Origin: Camelus dromedarius
Taxonomy: Eukaryota
Reading direction: 5' to 3'
Assembly (NCBI RefSeq): GCF_036321535.1
Contig: NC_087439.1
Coordinates: 92,690,001 to 92,754,000, forward strand
DNA: 64,000 nucleotides
A program made the translations under genes and the position numbers. Under the pieces are notes generated by a model. That model did not search any database, was not told the DNA's origin, and saw only the letters and a program-made list of their open reading frames with translations. Positions 1 through 11,888 of the stretch are shown here, one piece after another (the first letter of the stretch is position 1; every line of letters starts with the position of its first letter).

Positions 1-434
1 TTATCCTTCTTGCTTCTCAGTTGAGACCTGTCTGTCCTTGAGCCAACTGGGAGGCTCAGGTTTCAAGTATCTCCATCTTAGAAGAGACTTTCACTGTACA
101 TTTCATTATTAGAGGGCCTTTGGAGTGTTTTCTCAGAACAAAGGAATTCAGGGGTAAACCCTAGTGTCATCCACTAGCAATGCAGGGAAGTGCTCACAGC
201 TTTGGAAGGACAGGTTTCCACTCGCCTTGCTCAGGAGCGCACAGACCTTGGAGGCAAGTCCTGGCTGGCACTCAGGCTCTGGGAGCAGCACAGCCGCTCT
301 GCCCAGGCTGCGCTGCCGCACGGAAAGAGGGAGAGCTTGGCCCTGGCCTGCACCGGGGCAAGGAAGGGCCAGCTCTCCCTCCCCTGCTGGTTCCAGGGAT
401 CCCTTCCTGTCCTCATCACATCCGGAGGGTAAGA

Positions 435-535
435 GCTGTAAGACCTGGATTTGAACCTGCTGTGTGGTTGAGGCAAGTGGCTTCCTTCTGAGCGCTCATT
501 TCTCCACCTGTGAAATGGGAACACTCAGGCAGTTG
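435..535 (+). mobile_element. MIR-like SINE fragment
   Basis: ctggatttgaacc...tgtgtggttgaggcaagt...ctcatttctccacctgtgaaatggg resembles the MIR core; boundaries approximate. Confidence 0.45.
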
Positions 536-1191
536 TGGTGTCGAGCGGTTAAGAGTGAGCTCGAGGGAGAACATTGAAAACTGTGAAGGCAACTCAAATG
601 GAAGAGAGAGTTAATTTGGGATGGAATAACAGGATGGCGGCCCCTCAAACAGGAGGCAGTTCCTTTCTCTCACAGAAACAAGCAGACTGATGCTTCGAGG
701 TAAGCTGAGGATGCTGCCTAGGGCCACGGGATGCAGCCGGAAGCAGAGGCAGGGTGAGAACCTGCTCCCGGGTCCCTCTCCCTCCCGCAGGTCCGGCCTT
801 CTTTTTTCCAATTATGCAAGACCTGGAAAGTCTCAGCCTCACAGAGGGAGAAAGGAACTGAGTGAGTCAGCAGGTCTAGCCAGCCTCCCCCTAGCTGTGT
901 GACCATGGACTTGGGCTTATTCAGCTGAAGTGGGGATGATAACACCTGCCTCGCCCTCGCAGGGTTGTTTGAGGATGCAGGGCAGCATGTGACGGTCGGT
1001 GGAAACGATGGCCCGATCCTTCTCTTCCTTAGACTTTAGCTCAACGCTGGTTGAAACTTTCTCTCTATGAGATGATAAAAGCAACGTGGTCTTTTGGGGA
1101 GCATTTACCTAGAAAACCAGATCCCAATTCCTCAGGACTAAGCTCTTCTGTCCCCAAGTTTCCTCCTCTTGTGCTCCAGAATCGTCTAGAT

Positions 1192-1385
1192 AATAGTTCT
1201 CAAACAGGGGCGATTTTGCCTCTCAGGGGCAATGTCTGGAGACTTTTTGTGTCACAATTGGGGGATGACATTGTCATCTAGGAGGTAGAGGCTATTAAAA
1301 CATCCTACAAAGCACAAGAAAAACCCACCCACCTGCTCCCAACAAAGAATCATCTAGGCCAAAATAGCAATAGTGCTGAACTTAA
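1192..1385 (+). mobile_element. MER20 (hAT-Charlie) DNA transposon
   Basis: gttctcaaacaggggcgattttgcc...ggcaatgtctggagac...aacatcctacaa...caacaaagaatcatct...aatagtgctga follows the MER20 consensus along its length. Confidence 0.8.
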
Positions 1386-1879
1386 CACTCATCTAGACAA
1401 ATTCTGAGTGCCTACCAGTGACTTCTTCCCAGCTGGACCCCAAGGTGGGTGGTGAGGGGGCAGCAAAGATGCTCTGCCCATCCTTTGAAGCTCACCTTTT
1501 TTCCCTACTGGAGTCTCTATGAGCAACACTCACTCAGGCTTACTGAGCTGGGGATTGAAGTTTAGACAAGTCAAGGGAACAAAACCCCAAAATGCCAAGT
1601 CATTCTTAATAGGCACTTTTAAGAGTACATGACTTCTGCCAATGTCTACAATGACTTTGATGGATTGGTTCTCTTTCAAAACCCTTTGTTTATCTTTATG
1701 ATTGGTTATCTTGGAAATTAACAGACATGCAGTACATTCTGACAGCACTGTTTCTGTTAATAAGTAATTTCCAATACTAGACTGAGTCAGGGTTAAAAAA
1801 GAAAGAATTCAACATGAGTATCTGAAAAACTAGAAACTTGGCTAAGCAATGATTTAGATGATTCTAGGAGAATGAGGTA

Positions 1880-2513
1880 AAGTGGGCTTAAAAAAGAAAC
1901 TTTACTGAGATATAATACATAGACCATACAATTCATCATTTAAACTTTATAATTCAATGGCTTTTTGTATATTTGTAGATTTGTGCAACCATCACCACCA
2001 TCAATTTTAGAACATTTTCAGTTACCCCCTACCCAAATAAATTCTTTAGTGTCAGTACTCACTCCCTATTCCCCCGTCTCCCCAGCCCCTGGCAACCACT
2101 ACATTTCTGTCTCTACGAATTTGCTTATTCTGATCATTTAATACAAGTGGAATCATATAATACGTGGCTGGCTTTTTTCACATTGCGTGTTTTCCAGGTT
2201 CATCCATGTTGTAGCATCACTTTTTATTGCTGAGTCATTTTGCTCTATGGGTAGACCATACTATGTATATCTACCTGTCATTTGATGAACTTTTGGGTTA
2301 TTTCCACTTTTTGGCTATTATGAATACTGCTGTTGTGAATGTTCGTGTATAGGTTTTGTGTGGACATGTTTTCACTTCTCTTGGGTATACGTTTAGGAGT
2401 GGAATTGCTGGATTTGGTAACTATGCTTCATCCTTGAGGCACTCTTTTTCAAAGTGGCTATACCATTTTAAAAATTATGGTAAAATACACATAAAATAAA
2501 ATTTATCATTTTA
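1880..2513 (-). mobile_element. Old L1M-type 3' fragments; host of the younger L1, continues at 4440-5045
   Basis: Typical antisense L1M 3'UTR motifs (ttgtgcaaccatcaccacc, ttggctattatgaatactgctg, ggaattgctgg); the text resumes after the TSD at 4440. Confidence 0.6.
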
Positions 2514-4439
2514 TTTTTAAAATTATTTTAACTTTTTAAAATTGAGTTATAGTCATTTTACAATGTTGTGTCAATTTCCAGTGTAGAGCACAATTTTTCA
2601 GTTATACATGAACATACATATACTCATTGTCACATTTTTTTTCTCTGTGAACTACCACACGGTCTTGTATATATTTCCCTGTGCTATACAGTATAATCTT
2701 GTTTATCTGTTCTGCATATGCCTGTCGGTATCTACAAATCTTGAAATCCCAATCTGTCCCTTCCCATCCCATGCCCCCTTAGCAACCACAAGTTTGTATT
2801 CTATGTCTATGAGCCTGCTTCTGTTTTGTATTTATGTTCTTTTTTTTTTTTTTTAGATTCTACATATGAGTGATCTCATATGGTATTTTTCTTTCTCTTT
2901 CTGGCTTACTTCACTTAGAATGACATTCTCCAGGAGCTTGCATGTTGCTGCAANNNNNNNNNNNNNNNNNNNNNNNNNNNNNNNNNNNNNNNNNNNNNNN
3001 NNNNNNNNNNNNNNNNNNNNNNNNNNNNNNNNNNNNNNNNNNNNNNNNNNNNNNNNNNNNNNNNNNNNNNNNNNNNNNNNNNNNNNNNNNNNNNNNNNNN
3101 NNNNNNNNNNTTTTGAAGTAGGCTTCCTTCTGGTTATATGCCCAGAAGCGGGATTACTGGTAAGTCTTTTCCTAGTCTTTTGAGGAATCTCCATACTGTT
3201 TTCCACAGTGGCTGCACCAACCTGCATTCCCACCAGCAGTGTAGGAGGGCTCCTTTTTCTCCACACCTTCTCCAGCATTTGTCATNNNNNNNNNNNNNNN
3301 NNNNNNNNNNNNNNNNNNNNNNNNNNNNNNNNNNNNNNNNNNNNNNNNNNNNNNNNNNNNNNNNNNNNNNNNNNNNNNNNNNNNNNNNNNNNNNNNNNNN
3401 NNNNNNNNNNNNNNNTTGGAGAATTGCTTGTTTAGGTCTTCTGCCCATTTTCGGATTGGGTTGTTTGTTTTTTTTCTTATTATGTCGTATGAGCTGCTTA
3501 TGTATTCTAGAGATCAAGCCTTTGTTGGTTTCATCGTTTGCAAAAATTTTCTCCCATTCCTTAGGTTGTTGTTTTGTTTTACTTATGGTTTCCTTTGCTG
3601 TACAGAAGCTTGTAAGTTTAATTAGGTCCCATTTGTTTATTCTTGCTTTTATTTCTATTGTTTGGGTAGATTGCCTAGGCGAACATTTTTGAGATGTATG
3701 TGAGATAATGTTTTGCCTATATTTTCTTCTAGGAGGTTTATTGTATCTTGTCTCATGTGTCTTTGACCCATTTTGAGTTTATTTTTGTGTATGGTGTAAG
3801 GGAGTGTTCCAGCTTCACTGATTTACATGCTGCTGTCCAGTTTTCCCAACACCATTTGCTGAACAGACTTTCTTTATTCCATTGTATATTCTTGCCTTTG
3901 TCGAAGATTAGCTGACCAGAAGTTTGTGGGTTCATTTCTGGGCTCTCTATTCTGTTACATTGGTCCATATGTCTGTTTTTGATTTCTTTACACTAATGAT
4001 GAATCAACAGAAAAAGAAGGTAAAAAAAAATTCCCTTTAAAATAGCACCCAAAGTAATAAAATACCTAGGAATAAATCTAACCAAGGAGGTGAAAGACTT
4101 ATACATGGAAAACTATAAACCATTGATGAAGGAAATTAAAGAAGACTTAAAAACATGGAAACATATCCCATGCTCCTGGATTGGAAGAATCAATATTGTT
4201 AAAATGGTCACACTGCCCAAGGCAATCTACAGATTTAATGCAATCCCTATCAAATTACCCAGGACATAGTTCACAGAACTAGAACAAATCATAATAAAAT
4301 TTATATGGAACCACAAAAGACCTAGAATTGCCAAAGCATTACTGAAGAAAAAGAAAGAGGCAGGAGGAATAACTCTCTCAGACTTCAGACAATACTATAG
4401 AGATACAGTTATCAAGACAGCATGGTATTGGTACAAAAT
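2514..4439 (-). mobile_element. Younger 5'-truncated L1 with 5' inversion (twin-priming structure)
   Basis: Antisense 3'UTR/ORF2 end at 2514-~3982 joined to a sense ORF2 segment at ~3985-4438; exact 12-bp TSD tttatcatttta at 2502-2513 and 4440-4451. Confidence 0.85.
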
Positions 4440-4683
4440 TTTATCATTTTAAATTGTGCAGTTCAATGGCATTTAGTATAGTACATTCTCAGTGTTGTAC
4501 ACCATTGCCACTACCTAGTTCCAGAACATTTTCATCACCCAAAGGGAAACCCTGCCCCTGTTAAGCAGTCACTCCTCATTCCCCCCTCCCCACTGCCTTT
4601 TGTAACCACTAATCCATTTTCTGTCACTGTGGATTTGCCTACTCTGGATACTTCATAGAGACAGAGTTATACAATAGGTGGCC

Positions 4684-4816
4684 AAGGGAAGGTAATAGTT
4701 CAGTAATAGAGCACATGCTTAGTATGCATGAGGTCCTGGATTCAATCCCCAATACCTCCATTTAAAATAATAATAGTAAATAATGATAATAAAAAGATAA
4801 TAATGATAATGTACAT
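4684..4816 (+). mobile_element. tRNA-derived SINE (camelid-type)
   Basis: tRNA-like head (gtaatagttcagtaatagagcacatgcttag...ttcaatcccc), A-rich tail, TSD taggtggcc/tagatggcc at 4675-4683 and 4817-4825. Confidence 0.8.
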
Positions 4817-6813
4817 TAGATGGCCTTTTGTATTTAGCTTCCTTACTTAGTTTAATGTTTCAAGATTCATCCACTTTGTAGTATGAATCAATATTTCATT
4901 TATTTTTATGACTGAGTAATATTCCATTGTAAGGATGTACCCCATTGTTTTAATCCATTCATCAGTTGATAGATATTCGGGCTTCCACTTTTTGCTTTGT
5001 GAACAGTGCTGCTATGAGCATTTGTGTAAGTTTGAACACTCGTTTNNNNNNNNNNNNNNNNNNNNNNNNNNNNNNNNNNNNNNNNNNNNNNNNNNNNNNN
5101 NNNNNNNNNNNNNNNNNNNNNNNNNNNNNNNNNNNNNNNNNNNNNNNNNNNNNNNNNNNNNNNNNNNNNNNNNNNNNNNNNNNNNNNNNNNNNNATAATC
5201 CCAGCAGGGTTAACTTTAGAGTTAACAATACTGTATTATATGCTTGAAAGTTTCTTAGAGAGTAGGTATTAGATGTTCTTACGAGAAAGAAATGGTAATT
5301 ATGTGATGTGATAGAGGTGTTAACTATCCCTACTGTGGTAATCATTTTGCAATATCTGTGTGTGTCAAATCATCCTGTTATATACCTTAAACTTACCTAT
5401 AAATAGCTAGTATTTATTGAGTGCTTACTGTATGCCAAGAACAATTCTATGCACTGTACATGGGAATCTCTTACTACATAGATCCTTCTGCAAGTGGTGT
5501 ATTTTATTCACCACTTTTCTGCAGGTTCTGTCCATGGTCGTTCATGTAAGCTTCTTTCTTTCTTCGTAGCTGTACTATGTGAATATGTCACTGTTCATTT
5601 AGCCTTATTCTTGTTAATGAGCATTTAGGTTGTCCTTTTTCCTTTTTTAACATTAAAAATATGTTTTAAAGTTCTTAAAATCTGGGTCTTCTCTGTAGTC
5701 TTGTCTCCCCTACCTCCCACAAACATAATGTTTAAATTACACGAAGACCAGGAGGCCTCTCCTCCCAGGACAGACCACTGCCCATTTTTTCCTGGGGTCA
5801 CCTCCTCCAGGACAGTGACCATGTCTTGGGCACCTTTGTATACTTAGCCAGTGCCTGGCTTATGGGAGGTGGCGATACACTCTTCTCAGCTGTTTTGAAC
5901 ACCAGACTATGTACTGTTCCCAGACTACCCCAAGGAGCTGGTCCTTCACTTATGCTGGTTTCTCTGCCTAGAATGTGTCCTCCTCCAAACATGTTCTTTC
6001 ATTCATGTGTCCTTAACAATTTATTCATGTCTTTAGTAGACCACATCTTGTTACACTTAAATGATTTGTTTGTGTTTATTTTCCCCTCAAGGCAAAGAGT
6101 AGGTCTTGTGTTCCTCTCTATCCTTGGTAACTAGCATTGCACCTGTCATATATTTGTGGAATTAAGTAAACACAAAAGTGTCTATGAGAAATAACGTTTT
6201 TTTTTTTAATTTTTAAAAACTAGAAAATAGAACACACAGAAAAGTATATCAAATACATATGCTCATTTTAATAGATAAATATAAACTGAGTAAACTCCCA
6301 TAACATTCACTCCAGTCACAAAATAGATGTGGTCAGTGCCAGACACCTGCTCTGGGTACCTGCTCTGTACCCTTTCTACCCTTGTTCTGATTTCTGTTGA
6401 TGATTATGTCCTTTTTTTTTATTATGGTTTTGCTATCCAGCTGTGCATCTCTAAATAATATAGATGAGTTTTACTTGTTTTGGTACTTTATATAAATAGA
6501 ATCATACTGGGTTTGTTTTCCCCTTGCTTCTTTTGGCCAATTTTATGTTGAGAGATTCGTGTTGTGTGTTCTTGCAAGTTGTAGTTTGTGCATTTTCAGT
6601 GCTGAGTAGCATTGCATTGTGTGAATATGCCGCAATTTTATTCATCCATTCTGCTGTTGGTGGACATTGGGTTGTATCGAGCTTTTGACTACTGTGGACA
6701 AGGGTACAATGAACATGGTTTTACATTTAGTGGGATTCTTTAGTGTACATATCTAGGGGTGGAGCTGCTGTGTTTTAGGGTATATATAACTTAATTTAAA
6801 AAAATAACGAGAA

Positions 6814-6935
6814 GGGGGGAGGGTGTAGCTCAGTGGTACAGTGCGTGCTTAGCATGCACAAGGTCTTGGGTTCAATCCCCAGTACTTCCATTAAAAAAAA
6901 ATCTAATTACCTTCACCCGCCAAAAAATAAAAAAG
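6814..6935 (+). mobile_element. tRNA-derived SINE (camelid-type)
   Basis: A box (gtgtagctcagtgg), B box (gggttcaatccc), characteristic ctaattacc tail followed by A-rich end. Confidence 0.85.
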
Positions 6936-7489
6936 GGGGGGAAAAAAAAGAAGAAGATAACAAGAAACATTATCCAAAGCGGCTGTATCACATTACATTC
7001 CCATCAGCCTTGCAGGAGAGCTCCTATTGCCTTAGAGCCTTGCCTTCAGTTAACACTGTCAGATTTAGCCATTTTTGCTAAAACGTTTGCTACATTGTGC
7101 AGTGATATCTCATAATCTTATTCGGTATTTCCTCGAGTGCTGAAGTTATTGGTTATCTGTACAACTAAAGAGCGTGAGGATCTTTTCACATGTTTATCAG
7201 TCATTTGCCCATTCAAGTCTCTTGCCATTTTTGTATCGGCAAGGGTAAAATTTTTATACTGGTTGTTTGTCTGCTTGTAAGAGTTATTTATGTAATCTGG
7301 ATATTCATTCTTTGGCAGCTACTAGGTATGGCAAATATATTCTTTCAGCCTGTGTCCTGTTTTTTATTTGAACAAATTACAATGAACATCTTTGACTGTG
7401 CCTTATTGTACTCTTATGGGAATTTCCATATGGTAGATGCGAGGAAGTGGACTTGCTGGGTCATGTACATTTTATTTTATCTATCTATC

Positions 7490-8165
7490 TATCTATTTAT
7501 TTATTTTTATTGAAATATAGTTGATTTACAATGTTGTATTGGTTTCTGGTGTACAGCAAAGTGATTTGGAGATACATATATATATATGTATGTATATATA
7601 TAATATATATTCTTTTTCATTATGGTTTATTTCAATATATAAATATTTTTTTATTTCAAGATATTGAATACAGTTCCTTGTGCCATACAGCAGGACCTTC
7701 TTGTTTATCTACTTCATATACAGTGGTTTGTATCTGCTAATCCCAAATCCTAATTTACCCCTCCCCCACCCCTTTCATCTTTGGTAGCCATAAGTTTGTT
7801 TTCTATGTCTGTGAGTCTGTTTCTGCTTTGTGAATAAGTTCATTTGTATCATATTTGAAAGTCCACATAGAAGTGATATCATACGGTATTTGCCTTTCTC
7901 TGTCTGATTCACCTCACTTAGTANNNNNNNNNNNNNNNNNNNNNNNNNNNNNNNNNNNNNNNNNNNNNNNNNNNNNNNNNNNNNNNNNNNNNNNNNNNNN
8001 NNNNNNNNNNNNNNNNNNNNNNNNNNNNNNNNNNNNNNNNNNNNNNNNNNNNNNNNNNNNNNCTTTCATCTGCTGATGAACATTTAGGTTGCTTTCATGT
8101 CTTGGCTGTCATAAACGGTGCTGCTATAAAAGTTGGGGTGCACATATCTTTTCAATTTAGAAATT
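7490..8165 (-). mobile_element. L1 3' end fragment
   Basis: ttttattgaaatatagttgatttacaatgttg... L1 3'UTR in antisense, interrupted by N-run 7924-8062. Confidence 0.7.
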
Positions 8166-11042
8166 TCTCTGGACATATGGGTCTTGTACATTTTAAATGC
8201 CAATAATATTAAGACTTCTTCTCCCTTCAGCAATGTATAAGTGTACTTTTTCTTCAAATTCTTGTCTACACTTACCTTCAGATTGAAAGTTTTTGCCAAC
8301 TCAATAGGTGAAAAAAATCTCAAGGTATTTTAATTTACATTTCCCTCATTAATTATTTATTTAAACATCTTTTTTTTTTTTTTTAAATGAAGTTGTTTGA
8401 CCAGTGAAGAAGAGACCTGGACTTGACCCCCCTCACTTACTAGAACTGATGCAACTTCTGATCACATCAGCTCTTTGAGCAACCCCACCATATTCTTGAC
8501 TCAGTGAATTTGTTCTTGTTGCTTGCAGTATTATTGGCTCAAATACTGGGGAGATCTCAGGGTATACTGGTTAGATATGGCTTGTTCCAGGGCTCAAACC
8601 ATGACCCCAGGACCCATTTTTCATCTGTAATTCTTGTGTCTGCTTCCTTGGTGATTACAGCCTTCTCAGGGTCATGATACCCCAGCATTGGGGGCTGTGG
8701 CCTGAGTCCTTTCCTCAGGATTCCTAGTAAGGCGCCTCTGCTTCACTGGCTCTCATTAAGTCACGTGTCCATTTCTGCACTAATCCCTGTGGCCAAAGGG
8801 ATGAGATGTGCTGAGTAGTTGAAGCCTGGGTTGCACGTTCGATCCCACAGTGGCTAGTGGTCCCTCACCTGAACCATGTATGAGAGTCCAGGGGAGGTGG
8901 CCGAGATGAGCCTCTCTCCAGGGGCTCCAAGTCCAAGAAATGCCAGTAGAGATCAGATGACACCAACGTCTAAATAAAATGCCACTGCGTTAATTTAGAA
9001 TTAGAGAGAGCTCTTTAATGTGACAAGAACACTTTCACTCCTCTGCAGGAATGTTCCTGCCCTCACCCCTCACTCATGGGTGTTTTAACGGGTTTGTGGG
9101 AATAGTTCAGGGGCTGAAATGCCTCATTCATAGCTGAGAACCCCTTTCCAGGGCCCCGTCTACCCACAACCCCCAGATCCATACCACCTTCTCCTGGGCG
9201 GCGTGGGATACCCTCTGCAGACCTGCCCCGGGTGTCCTCTGGGCCCCTCCTTTGTGAGCTGCCTTCTTTCTGTGAGTGCCCCCTATTGGATACTTCAGTG
9301 ACTGCCTGTCAGTCTGTTTCCAGCACTACTGCAACCTTTATTCTGGCCCTCACCTCCCACAAACCACAACCGTCACCCTTACTAAACCCCTAAGCACGCT
9401 GTGTATCCTCACTTGGCGTGATGTCTTTTTCAGTGGTTGTAAACAAAGGGCCAATGACCACAGTGAGGAAAGCCATAAAGTTCACCAGGAGAGTCTACCC
9501 CAGGGTCCACTGCAGTCAGAGCTGGACACGTCCCGGGACTGCTGAGTCCTCAGCAGGTCCAAGGGGATCCAGCTTGGTTAACTAGCAGCTCTGCCACCAG
9601 ACACGGTGCCACTAGAGGCGGGGGTGGCTGGGGACCCGAACAGCAGCTCCTGTTACTGAGGACAGTCACGCAGCTGCAGCGGCAACAGCACACTTGGAGT
9701 TCTGCCTTCCCCACGCCCTGCTCTGCTCACTCTCATGCCTTTGCACACGGAACGTGGGACACGAGCAGCCTCGATCCCACATGCACACGGGATTCTGCGT
9801 GGCTGTCAGTAGCAGTGAACGGGGAACAGAAATGACAGCTGTAAGCGGGGAGCAGAGGTCAGAAAATGACCTTGGGGCAAACGTGCGGCTGTGAGGCTGG
9901 GATGGAAATAAGATTCCGAAAAAGAGAGCACAGATGTGGCTGTTGGAGGGGAAGTAGGAGGACCAGGACTTTGGAGACGTTCACGACTTCCTGAGCAGAC
10001 TGGCGTCACTCCCCAGAGCAGGACCCAAGAAGTTGCACAATGGCCCCCACATTATGTACCCCCTACTCCGTTCTGGAGGAATCTGTCCTTATCAGGACTT
10101 AGGTCTGTAAGTGGCCTTGGAGAAAACGCTGCACATAAACTACGAGATGAAATAAAGGTCCAGATTAGTGGACACCTCAGGCCCCAAACAAACCAGCAGA
10201 AGACTTGAGCATCCAACAGACAGGAGAAGAATTCAGAGAGCCTGATCCGAGGCCAGGGGACGGCTCCCTCCTGTCCCATGATGAGCAGGCCCTGGGGGTT
10301 GGTGCTTTCAGACACCGCCTTGTCACTGCTAAGGGTGGTCTTGCCCAGGGACGCTTGAGATAACGGTAGCTCTTATTCCACAAGGCAGATATAGAACCTC
10401 CACCAACCCTTCGGTTGTCTTCATCAAGGATCGCTGCAGCTGCTTCAAGCAGTATCTCCTTGAAGAGTCATGAGAGGTGTCCTGGGGTGGAACAAGAATG
10501 AGACGGACAGCCAGCGTTGTCCCCGTTGAGGGAAAGCAGCTTTTGCAATGTTGTCTGTTTTCCTGGATGTGTTCCGTGTTCCCCATGATGGGGAAAAGAG
10601 TTTTAAGAGCTTTCAAATAGGGTCACCTACAGCAAAGAGGTTCTGTCTGGGGACGAGGTCATCAGTGACTCCTCAGAGCTGGGTGTCAGTCTCACAGAGA
10701 ACGGTTCACAGAGAAATAGGTGATCCAAGGAAATGGGAGGCCATGGCTTCACTAGGGAACTGGATGAAAAGCAAGAGAGTAAACTGGAAAGCCCGCAGAG
10801 GGAGCACTAGAGTCAGATGAGTTTTCCCAAGATAAGAAGGGTTAGTTTTTATCTGGAGAAAGTTGAAGTGGTAAAAGACACAGAGATTTATTCTGTAACG
10901 ATTAATGTAAGGAGGGGACAGTGCCTCCAATTACAAGCCATTTTGTTGAAATGGCTGAGAGATAAGATAAGGATGGCGGAACAAATGTAGGAGGCACAGC
11001 CTGCCCCGCAGTCAGTTGCTTCTGGCTCGGGCCACCGCGGCC

Positions 11043-11888
11043 ATGGGACCCCAGGTGCTGGCTGGACTGCTGCTGTGCCTGTGCGCCGGGCCCTGGGCCG
11101 AGGGCGGGAAGGTGCTGGTGGTCCCCATGGAGGGCAGCCACTGGCTCAGCATGCGGGAGGCCGTGCGGGAGCTCCACGCCAGGGGCCACCATACAGTCGT
11201 CCTTTCTCCAGAGGTGAACATGCACGTCAAGCCAGAGGACTTTTTCACCACGGAAACCTACGCTACTCCGAACACGCAGGACGAATTTGATTATGTCATG
11301 ATGGGCCAGGTGCATGTGCTATTTGAAAGAGTAAATTTTCTAAAGATGTTTTGGAATGCGATGGTAGGCTTGAAAAATGCGTCTTTAATCTTTCAAAGGT
11401 CTTGCGAGGCGCTGCTGTCTCACAAGGATCTGATCAGGCGCCTGAATGCCAGTTCCTTTGATGTGGTGTTAACTGACCCTGTTTACCCCTGCGGGGCAGT
11501 GCTGGCCAAGTACCTGACCCTTCCTGCGGTGTTTTTTTTGCGTGGCATTCCGTGTGACTTCGATGTTGAGGGCACAGCGTGCCCAAACCCTTTCTCGTAC
11601 GTTCCTAGGCTGTTAACAAGGAATTCAGACCACATGACATTCCTTCAAAGGGTCAAGAACATGCTGTACCCTCTGGCCCTGAAGTACATTTGCCACGCAT
11701 CTTACACTCCTTACGAACGGATGGCGTCCGAGCTTCTTCAGAGAGAGGTGTCGCTGGTGGAAGTTTTTAGCTCTGCGTCCGTGTGGCTGTTCAGAGGAGA
11801 CTTTGTGATGGATTACCCCCGGCCAGTCATGCCCAACATGGTCTTCATTGGGGGTATAAACTGTGCCAACAGGAAACCACTATCTCAG
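11043..11888 (+). CDS. UGT1A3/4/5-like variable exon 1, cassette 1, coding type A (282 codons)
   Basis: Signal peptide, [13 protein letters not shown] (catalytic His33), LTDP (Asp145), ends [13 protein letters not shown] followed by phase-0 donor cag|gtctgt. Confidence 0.93.

Noticed and set aside
2853-3968. ORFs resembling L1 ORF2 (also 46581-47183 and 56317-57373)
   Set aside because: Short, broken or N-filled fragments of truncated L1s; not functional genes.
6814-6890. tRNA gene
   Set aside because: The tRNA-like head is followed by the SINE-specific tail and A-rich end, with sibling copies elsewhere; it is a SINE.
11016-11042. N-terminal extension MLLARATAA in the ORF track (all cassettes)
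   Set aside because: It starts at TTG; the first ATG, in good Kozak context and giving a normal signal peptide, is at 11043.
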